The translations under genes were made by a program, and so were the position numbers. This document shows, one piece after another, positions 41,591 through 50,200 of a DNA stretch of 64,000 nt (within the stretch, counting starts at the first letter, position 1; every line of letters begins with the position of its first letter). The notes beneath the pieces were generated by a model. The model was not told where the DNA came from. It ran no database searches and saw only the letters and a program-made list of their open reading frames with translations. The DNA is from Nemertoderma westbladi (Eukaryota > Animalia > Xenacoelomorpha), in NCBI GenBank assembly GCA_032718475.1, contig JAUCBJ010007177.1, positions 92,072-156,071 on the forward strand, given 5' to 3'.

Positions 41591-44500
41591 TCCATCGCTT
41601 GTGGGTCAGCCGTCCACTCTTTGCTTCAATCGGACCAAAACAGTCCACCCCTGTATTCGTAAAGGGTGGGTCATATGCCTGCACTCTCGCTTCCGGGAGT
41701 TCAGCCATCTCCTGTTCCAATACTCTGGCGTTCACCCTCTTGCAAACCAGACAGGCGTCGTACATAGTGCCGACTGCCCTGCTTGGCTGCAATAGAATGA
41801 ATCGCTGTCTCGCTGCCGACAAACAGTGTAACCTTCCCGCGTGATGCAACCTCTTATGTATATCCCATAGAATCGCTCTTTGCAATTCCATCGGGTAACT
41901 AGGGATTATCACTGGGAATCGAAACTGTGAGTTTATGTCGACAGTCTGGATTCTCGATCTATGACAAATTAAACCCTTATGGATTAATGGACTCCATTTT
42001 CTAAGGGGTTTATAGAGAACTGGTCGTTGAGCCGATAATAGATGGAATTCTTTAGGGAAGGCACACATTTGATAATATCTCAAATGCTTTAATTCCGCTT
42101 GATCAATCTCATCCTCTGTCAGAGGTTGTTTCAATTTCCGAATTCGCTCACTATTGGTGCTCAATGGTTCTCTCAAATGTTTCGAATGTTTTATACAAAG
42201 GTACGAAACGTATCGGCTTAACCACGCAGTTCTTTTACAAATTGTCAGCCAAGAGGCAGACGAATTTAGTAATTTGTCATAAATACTGCATGACTCTAAT
42301 GCCAGCGACGGTTGTCCGCTAACTAATGGAAGTTTCGAATCCAAACCCGCAGGTTTGGAAACCAAGGGATCCATTGTGTCGGTCATTTTCTGTCCGTCAC
42401 TTACCAATTGTGACTCCAGTTTAGTCTGTAAGGGTGGTTTTATGTCGTAACTTACCCTTCCTGACCTAGTAGTCACGTAAGTCTGTTGGTCTGACAGGTC
42501 TCCGGGCCGCTCCAATGACTCTTCAGGCCGCTCCAATGACTCTTCAGGCCGCTCCAATGACTTAAGTTTGGCTTTAGACTTTGACTTAGAGACTTTCTCC
42601 ACCTTGACTTCTGCATCTTCAGGCATCGGATTGGTCACTATCTTTAGTCGCTCTGGCCAATGTTCCTGTGTCCTCGTTAGAAAATCAGGTCCATGCAACC
42701 AAAACTCCTGCGACTCTTCCTGACAGAATTCTGCCGGCATTACACCTCTCGAAGTTATGTCGGCCGGGTTCAACACTCCCGGACAATGTCTCCATTGTTC
42801 CTTCGTCGAAAAGTCAACGATCTGAGCGCGTCTATTGGCCACAAATGTCTTTAGTGCAATATTGTCGGCCGCAATGTATACTAACACCAAGGATGCGTCC
42901 GTCCAATAGAATAAGGTCAATGTCGTGTCTAACTCCTCAATTATTTGCTTACTTACCTCGACTGAAACTACAGCCACCTGTAACTCTGCACGAGGGACAG
43001 TCATGTATTTGACCGGCATTGTCTTTGATCTAGAAGTCACAAAGGCCGTCTCAAATTTGTCCTGACTTACCTCTCGGCAAAGGTAGGCTACCATACCAAA
43101 GCCGGTGTCACTTGCGTCACTAAATAGGTGGAGTTCGAGATCAGCTGGAAATACCAGCTGATTCGGAAAGTAGGATCGGGGCACATCTATATTTTTCAAT
43201 AGATGCAACTCGGCTTCCCACTCTCTCCACTGCTTTGCATGTATAGGAGATATTGGTTCGTCCCACTCTAAGTCGGACAACCAAATTTTCCTCATGCACG
43301 CTCGTGCCTGTAATATAACCGGACTGATAAAGTTCATCGGGTCAAATAGTCTACTTAGTGTCGATAAGCAAATTCTCTTTGTCAAAACTTTGTCTGGGCT
43401 ACTGGGCTCAAATCTAACTCTTACCTGGAACTTATCCGAATTCGGATTCCAAGCGAGTCCCAGTACTCGCGCCATGGGGATTGGTTCTACCCCCAATTCT
43501 ATGTCTCCGCTCCCGCGATCTTTTACCGGGAACGATTCTAATAGGGCCTCCGAATTAGTAGTGAACTTGGTCAGAGGAAATCCCCCTGTAGCCAAGCACT
43601 CCTGTAGGCCGTGAGCCACTTCTATGGCTTGTTCCGCCGTGTCCTTGGACACCAATCCGTCGTCCATGTAGAAGTTTCTCAGGATGGACTCGATAACCTC
43701 TACTGGGTACTTACCAATCTGGGCTGTTGCCGTTTTCTTTAAAACGAACAGCGTGCCATTCGGACTATCGCGGGCGCCAAATATCCTAACGTACATTTGG
43801 TATGTAACCACTGGGCCGGATAAGTCTTCATTCTCGTACCAGAGAAAGCGAAGGCTATCCTGGTCTGCCTTACAGGCTCTTACCTGGTGGAACATCGCCT
43901 CGATGTCACAAGTAAATGCGAATCGCCGCTGTCTAAAACGCAACAGTATTCCAATCAAATAGTTATTCAGGTTGGGACCATCCATCAACTCTGAATTCAG
44001 GGACATACCTCTATAGACTGCTGCGCAGTCGTTGACTACTCGGACTTTGTCTGGCTTGTCAGGGTGAGTCACATAGTGGTGTGGAAGGTAATAAGTCTGG
44101 TCTGTCACTAAGTCAGGGTCCTCTACCTTCCCAGCAAATCCCTTGGCGAAATAGTTGTTGATCTGGGCGCAATACTTCTCCCTAATGCCTGGATTCCTCA
44201 ACAACCGAGCCCTTACTCCGTTCAATCTTTTCAAGGCTAAGTTGTAGTTGTTCTCCAACTTAGGAGGTTGTCGACGCCACAACATTCCAACTTCAAAATG
44301 TCCAGTCGGTAGCAGACGTATGGTGTCTTCCATCATCTCCAGCGACCGTTTCTCATCAGTAGACATGGCTAGGTCATATCCACCGGGTTCCATTGCGTCC
44401 CTGTCCAGCCATTCGACGGTTCTAGCTCCTGTCTCGAGGTCCTGGCGTATCAATTCCTTCTGTAGCTCCTCCTCACTGTATTGGAAAATGTCGAGGTCTC

Positions 44501-47500
44501 GATATTTAGCCACTTGACCCTCCACTATGTCTGTATAAGTCAAAACGTTAGTCAAATAGGTAGCGTGGGCCGCTGAACCAGACCCACGGGTCTGATAACA
44601 GTAGTCCTCGGGTTCACTATCTGTCCGGTCGTTATGAAGTGGTTCCGACAACCTAACATTATCGGGAATCAACTCCTCGTCCGACTCGCTAAAGTCACTA
44701 TAGTGGTCAATACAGGTTCTCCTAAACTCGTCTATGTCTGGTGGTTCTACTAACGGTGGTTGAGTTATAGGCTGTAATTCATCGTATCTGTTCATTGGCT
44801 TGTCGCCACCTGTAAACTCATAAGACATGGGTACTCTTGTATACCAACCTAGTATGGTCCTATGGGCATGTGGTCCATTGACATGCGGCTCAGCTGGTCT
44901 CGTTTCCCATATCTGGTGTGCGATCAGCTGTTCTGCACCAATTAACATGGAAACATTCCTATAACCTACCTGGTGTCTGGGTATCCTGAGCTTGTCAAAA
45001 TACTCCTGTGCTATGGGACTCATCGGCGGCACCTTACCTAACTGCCTGCCGAATCCCTTCATAGCTAGACACTTAAATCCGTCCAATGGCAAAGCTTTCC
45101 GTTCTTGTCGAGTGTGTTGGTCTCTCGGAAGTAGGGAATCTAGTTCTACCGAAATTCTGTGTCCCTTGAGGTCTCCTACCCCGTGCATAGACTTCAACTC
45201 TATTTGGATCTCCTCGGCGTCCTGGAAGCTAGAAACGGCTCTCGCCACTTCCTCGTCGATATAAGATAATGTGGACGCAGTGTCCAACATCACATATATT
45301 CGCTTCGATCCCTTATCGCCAGTGAGTTTCACCGGAATCACGCTAAATATTTCCGACGTGGCCGATGATAAATACGTCCGCGCGCTGGTCGATGAACTAT
45401 CCGCGGTGAAACCTTGGCAGGTCACTTCTCTCGCGCTCGACTCGCCATCCTCGTCCGACGAACCTGGTTGGTAACCATCGTCCTGGATGCCAGTGTACGT
45501 ATTCCTCCTTATCGATATGGGTTCTTTGCTCCCCTTCCTGTGAGGATTTCGCTGTAAGTAACGGTCCGTTGGGGTGTGGAAATCCGCATGTAGCAACTTG
45601 TGATGTAGTCTGCCGCATTCCATGCATCCGTCCTTGCTGTTCGGGCACTGCCGCCGTACATGGCCTGGCGCAAGACATGCCCAACAGGTGTCCAACGTCC
45701 GCACTTGAACTCTTCTCTGTTCCGAATTTAATTCTTTGAACCGTCTGCAACTATCTAACTTATGGTCGTCAGATCTTACCTCCTTTAGTAAACAGTATTG
45801 GCAACCTACAAATCCATCCGGCAACTCCTGTTGCTTTAACCTAGGTCTATCTAACCGCTCACCTGACCATACTCGCGAGTCTGATCTAAAGGCTGGGGTA
45901 TTCGAATTATATCTGTCTACTGAGTTAAATGTCACAGTGGTCCTGTCATCGTCAAAACTTACCATAGACTTACCGGTAACAGGTTTAGACTCTCTCATAT
46001 TCTCTTCTGAGAAGTTTGATTTCATCTCTGCTACTGCGTCTGTGGCTATCATGTCATGAATATGCTGAAGTGTCAACACCTTACCTTGGCCCTCCAACTT
46101 ATTCTCTAATTTGCGCCATTTCTGTCTGTAACGCATGTTTAAACGTCTTATTACGCTTTTCAAAACTTCGGCGTGATCACCATGATGAGGTAGATTCACC
46201 GTCCTCAAGATGTCCAATGCGTTCGAAATAGCGTTCGCTAAGTTCAACAGCTCTAACGGAGTTGTAATCCTTCCGCCCTTACCCAAGTCTTCTACTATCG
46301 ACTGTGCCATCTTGGTTTTATTCCCGTAGATGTCACTAAGTGTCTTCATCGCTAACTCGAATGCTCTTTCGTTGCCGACGAAGTTATCAGCAATGGCTCT
46401 AGGTTCTCGATGGAGCATCTGAAGCAAATAGTTGAACTTCTCGTTGGGAGTAAAGGTGCTGTTGGTTAGCTGCTCGTCGACATAGGTTTTGAAGGTCCTC
46501 CAATGTTTGTGGTTGCCCATAAACTTCTGGGGTTGTTGCGTCGGCAGTCCTTGCCTAGCAGCAAACTTACCTATGTCTCTAAGGGTTGCGTCGTTCCGGG
46601 TTAACAAATGGTTTAGTTCCGCAGGGTTATTAAGTCTGGTCCTTTCCCGGTGGTTCCAACTTACCTGCTCCGCGTCGGTCCTTCTTTCCTTATAGTTTCG
46701 GGACTTCTGACGTCTCATTTCTTCCTCTTCATCGCTTGACTCAGTGTCAGTCCTTAGCGCTCGCGATGGTTTGCGCGCCGAGGCCCTGACCCAAGCATCC
46801 TCAATAAATTTCTCTGCCGAATTTTCGAAATTGGGATTATGAATATTCGGGACAGGCGTCCTTACCTGAGGTCTATGTGGTATAGTCTCCTCCGATATGC
46901 GTACTCGTTGACTAGGCTGGACTTTATCTAACTCAGGCCTGCTGGGATTAGAATTACTTCTTACCTGGGCTGCTTCCTTTAACCGTAGGTTGCTAAGCAT
47001 GTCCGTTATAGGTTGGATGTGCGGCGATATAGCTTGCGCTAAACTAGCACTTAACTCATCCCTCGTAATAAATTCCTGGCTAGGGTTCTGTTGTATAGTC
47101 GGCTCTATCTGAGTAATCCGCTGTCTCTCATATGATCCCTCTTCCGGTTTAACCCGGAAGTTCTCCGTCGAACTGGGTCGGCGCTCCGTCCCCGTATTCC
47201 AAACCCGCGGGTTCGGTTCGCCCAATACTCGGCCCGTCGGAGTTTCTCTAAACTCTTCATTGTCTCGTTCGGTATACAGTGGTGCGGTGTTCCGATGACG
47301 TAGATCCTGCGCGATAGGTGAAGCACTAATACCAACTGGCGTGCGATATGTAGAGAATGGTTTAGCGATCCGTGTACTCGTAATAGCTGGACCAGGTATA
47401 GGAATTCTGGTCGTCGTCGACTCGCGTATGGTCGGAGTTCTCGCTTCCTGTTCGGCCTTCTGCAGTGCGAACAGTTCTCGCAACTCAGTCCCTACACTCG

Positions 47501-48773
47501 CCCCACATTCTTCGATCATTCGCATCCCCTTCTCGGCGATTTCGTTCGCCTTCCTAGTCCGTTCTTCGCTCTCTAAACTTAATCTCGCACTTTCCAACTG
47601 CGCCAGTTTACGTTCTTCTTCCTCCCTTGCTCGTCTCGCTGCGCCCTCTTCTTCTACACGCGCCTTCTCTTCATACAACGCCCGTCTCTCCCTCTCGCGC
47701 TCAAGTTCGCGCTCCTTGCGCTCGCGTTCGAGTTGGAGTTCGTATTCCCTGTGTTCGCGTTCCTTCTGTTCGCGTTCGAGCTGGAGTTCGCGTTCCTTGC
47801 GTTCGCGTTCCTTCTGTTCGCGTTCGAGCTGGAGTTCGCGTTCCTTGCGTTCGCGTTCCGCTTGCTCGCGCTTACCTTTCTCTTCCAACTCTCGCAACTT
47901 TGCGTCTAACTTACGTGTTCGCTCCCGTTCCCGCTCGGCTTCCTTCCGTGCTTCCGATGCACACAAAACTTCTGCCTGTTGTTCGTCTAGTCGGCGTCTT
48001 CTCTCCTCTGCCGAGTTGTGAGAAACAAGGGATCTAGCACATATTACCTTACCTCGCGCGTGACTAACCTGGGAATCGCCGCTGTCTCTAGATGCGTCAT
48101 CAGGTGGAGTCAACGTCCTCTGTTGGATGTTCTCCGTCGTCGGTAGCACCTGACCTGGTACCACCACTCCATTCTGCATCAGCCAGCTAGTAACTTCCCT
48201 TTGATACCTGCGCTCCTCCTTGTCTTGGATCTCTTCTCGCTCCACTAACTCTCTCAACTCTGCGTCACTCACTTGAGTCGCCTGCGCTTGTGATGCCCAT
48301 AGCAGCCAGTTCTCCGTCCTAACTCGTCGGAATCGCTCTGATAACTCGCGGTGTTCCAACAAGGCTGCTAAAACCCTGTCGTAAATCCTCGTTGCTACGT
48401 CGCTTGACTGAGACTCTACTGCCTTCTTCGCTAGGACTGCAAGCTCCTCCGTCTGCTTGAATAACGCTGAGTTATATCCTCTTCTAATCTCTACTAACCC
48501 TTCCCGTCCGATGTTCGCTGAGTCGGCTAACATCTTCCTTACCTTGTCCGTCGTCCGAGTTATATGTCCGGCGTGCGCGCGAAGTTTCTTTTTTATCGCG
48601 ATATCGAACTCTCTATCACTCACCTGACTTACGCTCGGTGGACTTGAAGGATTATTTCGGGAACTACGGGTACTCCTTACAGCCGTCGGGACCACGGCAC
48701 TTACCATACCCACAGGTCTGGAAACCGGGCTCCGGGCTCTCGCTTCTGCTACACTACCCTCCCTATCACTCAC
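41577..48773 (-). CDS. Bel/Pao Gag-Pol polyprotein (coiled coil, Gag, three Cys/His knuckles, aspartic protease, RT, RNase H, integrase N-terminus); start codon uncertain and frameshifted inside integrase
   Basis: Gag PQKFMGNHKHWRTF...EKFNYL; knuckles CWACLAPGHVRRQC and CMECGRLHHKLLH; protease LDTAS (about 45273-45284); RT YLPHH...KVRVV...GPNL...DIEAMFHQV...YMDD (43659-43670); RNase H FSDAS...PRAEL...WTDA...NPAD; integrase H-H-CLVC and GVDCFGP. Confidence 0.95.
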   Translation of the reverse strand: MSDREGSVAEARARSPVSRPVGMVSAVVPTAVRSTRSSRNNPSSPPSVSQVSDREFDIAIKKKLRAHAGHITRTTDKVRKMLADSANIGREGLVEIRRGYNSALFKQTEELAVLAKKAVESQSSDVATRIYDRVLAALLEHRELSERFRRVRTENWLLWASQAQATQVSDAELRELVEREEIQDKEERRYQREVTSWLMQNGVVVPGQVLPTTENIQQRTLTPPDDASRDSGDSQVSHARGKVICARSLVSHNSAEERRRRLDEQQAEVLCASEARKEAERERERTRKLDAKLRELEEKGKREQAERERKERELQLEREQKERERKERELQLEREQKEREHREYELQLERERKERELERERERRALYEEKARVEEEGAARRAREEEERKLAQLESARLSLESEERTRKANEIAEKGMRMIEECGASVGTELRELFALQKAEQEARTPTIRESTTTRIPIPGPAITSTRIAKPFSTYRTPVGISASPIAQDLRHRNTAPLYTERDNEEFRETPTGRVLGEPNPRVWNTGTERRPSSTENFRVKPEEGSYERQRITQIEPTIQQNPSQEFITRDELSASLAQAISPHIQPITDMLSNLRLKEAAQVRSNSNPSRPELDKVQPSQRVRISEETIPHRPQVRTPVPNIHNPNFENSAEKFIEDAWVRASARKPSRALRTDTESSDEEEEMRRQKSRNYKERRTDAEQVSWNHRERTRLNNPAELNHLLTRNDATLRDIGKFAARQGLPTQQPQKFMGNHKHWRTFKTYVDEQLTNSTFTPNEKFNYLLQMLHREPRAIADNFVGNERAFELAMKTLSDIYGNKTKMAQSIVEDLGKGGRITTPLELLNLANAISNALDILRTVNLPHHGDHAEVLKSVIRRLNMRYRQKWRKLENKLEGQGKVLTLQHIHDMIATDAVAEMKSNFSEENMRESKPVTGKSMVSFDDDRTTVTFNSVDRYNSNTPAFRSDSRVWSGERLDRPRLKQQELPDGFVGCQYCLLKEVRSDDHKLDSCRRFKELNSEQRRVQVRTLDTCWACLAPGHVRRQCPNSKDGCMECGRLHHKLLHADFHTPTDRYLQRNPHRKGSKEPISIRRNTYTGIQDDGYQPGSSDEDGESSAREVTCQGFTADSSSTSARTYLSSATSEIFSVIPVKLTGDKGSKRIYVMLDTASTLSYIDEEVARAVSSFQDAEEIQIELKSMHGVGDLKGHRISVELDSLLPRDQHTRQERKALPLDGFKCLAMKGFGRQLGKVPPMSPIAQEYFDKLRIPRHQVGYRNVSMLIGAEQLIAHQIWETRPAEPHVNGPHAHRTILGWYTRVPMSYEFTGGDKPMNRYDELQPITQPPLVEPPDIDEFRRTCIDHYSDFSESDEELIPDNVRLSEPLHNDRTDSEPEDYCYQTRGSGSAAHATYLTNVLTYTDIVEGQVAKYRDLDIFQYSEEELQKELIRQDLETGARTVEWLDRDAMEPGGYDLAMSTDEKRSLEMMEDTIRLLPTGHFEVGMLWRRQPPKLENNYNLALKRLNGVRARLLRNPGIREKYCAQINNYFAKGFAGKVEDPDLVTDQTYYLPHHYVTHPDKPDKVRVVNDCAAVYRGMSLNSELMDGPNLNNYLIGILLRFRQRRFAFTCDIEAMFHQVRACKADQDSLRFLWYENEDLSGPVVTYQMYVRIFGARDSPNGTLFVLKKTATAQIGKYPVEVIESILRNFYMDDGLVSKDTAEQAIEVAHGLQECLATGGFPLTKFTTNSEALLESFPVKDRGSGDIELGVEPIPMARVLGLAWNPNSDKFQVRVRFEPSSPDKVLTKRICLSTLSRLFDPMNFISPVILQARACMRKIWLSDLEWDEPISPIHAKQWREWEAELHLLKNIDVPRSYFPNQLVFPADLELHLFSDASDTGFGMVAYLCREVSQDKFETAFVTSRSKTMPVKYMTVPRAELQVAVVSVEVSKQIIEELDTTLTLFYWTDASLVLVYIAADNIALKTFVANRRAQIVDFSTKEQWRHCPGVLNPADITSRGVMPAEFCQEESQEFWLHGPDFLTRTQEHWPERLKIVTNPMPEDAEVKVEKVSKSKSKAKLKSLERPEESLERPEESLERPGDLSDQQTYVTTRSGRVSYDIKPPLQTKLESQLVSDGQKMTDTMDPLVSKPAGLDSKLPLVSGQPSLALESCSIYDKLLNSSASWLTICKRTAWLSRYVSYLCIKHSKHLREPLSTNSERIRKLKQPLTEDEIDQAELKHLRYYQMCAFPKEFHLLSAQRPVLYKPLRKWSPLIHKGLICHRSRIQTVDINSQFRFPVIIPSYPMELQRAILWDIHKRLHHAGRLHCLSAARQRFILLQPSRAVGTMYDACLVCKRVNARVLEQEMAELPEARVQAYDPPFTNTGVDCFGPIEAKSGRLTHKRWMYGE

Positions 48774-49018
48774 CTCTGTCCGACTGCTATACAGTCCTTC
48801 CTTACAGTAGCGGTAGGGGATCCTAATACTATTACTTGAGGTTGTTGTTCTTCCTCACTAGTCACTGTCTCGTCCTCCTGTTCACTTACGTCAGCGTCGC
48901 TCGCTGCGTCGTCATAGTCGGCATTGTCATCAACAGTAATGTTTACGCTATCGTCAGTCGGCGGTCCAGCCGCCGTCTCATAGCTGTCCTCTAGTGCCTC
49001 TTTGTCTGAGACACTCAT
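48770..49018 (-). CDS. 82-aa acidic leader ORF overlapping the gag start (GTGA overlap); either the true N-terminus of gag or the first exon of a spliced mRNA
   Basis: ATG-initiated, D/E-rich. Its TGA overlaps the GTG that opens the 2398-aa ORF, and the junction reads AG|GTGAGT. Confidence 0.55.
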   Translation of the reverse strand: MSVSDKEALEDSYETAAGPPTDDSVNITVDDNADYDDAASDADVSEQEDETVTSEEEQQPQVIVLGSPTATVRKDCIAVGQR

Positions 49019-50190
49019 AGTCTAAATAATGTTTGCCTTCCGGCAAAATATCTCACAAAATTCGAGATATAATTATAATTTAACCGAAACACGGTCAAAT
49101 TATTTGTCAAATATCAGTTGGTCCAAATGTCAAATAAATTCGCAATGCAATATTGTGAATTTAATGGGGTATATAGTTATAGCAAATACTAACACAATAT
49201 TTAAACAAAAATATTATTCTATAGCTACTATATAGTATTAAATACCGGTATAGCACAAAATAACTTTGAATCTAATACAAAATATTCAAAATATACTTGC
49301 CGCCCGAATATTTCTAATTTTATATATAGCTCTAATCAACGTAATTTTAATTTCAAATATTATATGTATCCACTAGCGCGTGGCTACATCTTCGGGTTGC
49401 GACTCTCTCTAACTCTCTCTCTAACTTGAGCGATTCAAAACCATGGCCGGCTAAACCTAAATATCCTAACTAATAAATTGAGTTCAGCTTCGCAGTTAAA
49501 CAACCGATAATTTTTTACTGCTTCCACAAACACACTGGTGCCAACAGAACAACTAACCTTGTTTGCTGTGAGATTCCACGTCCGCGTCCAAAGATTCAGG
49601 CCCTTCGCTGATTGCAAACCGAACCCGCAGACCCACACGAACCCCAAACTCAGAAGTCCCGTCTTGCCATGTATCTCCAGATGGTATAAAATAACTAAGC
49701 GGTTACCTAACATACCGGTACAAAACTCTAGAATTTTACAAAATAATTTTGACCGAAACTGAATTCTCGCAAACCTAGCTAATAATTTTCAAAAAAACTT
49801 ACTAATTACTGTTTGCCCTAAGGCCTAAGGAACTGCTGTATTCGCAATTAGCAAAACGTACTACCGTACATCCACTGTATGCAGTACAGTAAGTAAAACA
49901 GTACACCAACCTAACAGCCTAATGATACTGTATGTGGTACGGCAAAACAAATGTCCCTTCTACCGTACGCAGTAACAACAATCAGCCTAATGTACTACTG
50001 TACTATTGTACGCAGCCAGTGAATACAGTAATCTAAACTAACAGCCTAACAGAATATACTTAATGTTCTACCGTACGCTAGCCTATAGCCTACAGCAGAC
50101 GATCACGTGCTCCAATTTATTACTTAATACTGTGATACTACTTTCAGCCTAAGAATACACTATTGACCGCTGCAAGCAACAGCCAATAAA

Positions 50191-50200
50191 CGCGTATTAC
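50191..50200 (-). other. Putative primer-binding site GTAATACGCG, complementary to LTR-internal sequence rather than to a tRNA CCA end
   Basis: Immediately follows the 5' LTR end (TTATCA|GTAATACGCG). Its exact reverse complement on the RNA strand is at 51241-51250 and 34659-34668. Confidence 0.6.

Noticed and set aside
47341-48037. 226-aa and 136-aa plus-strand ORFs
   Set aside because: Antisense shadows of the repetitive E/R-rich gag coiled coil.
50168-50185. TGGCTGTTGCTTGCAGCG as a tRNA PBS
   Set aside because: It starts 15 nt from the LTR end and I do not recognise it as a tRNA 3' end. A search against host tRNAs is needed to exclude it fully.
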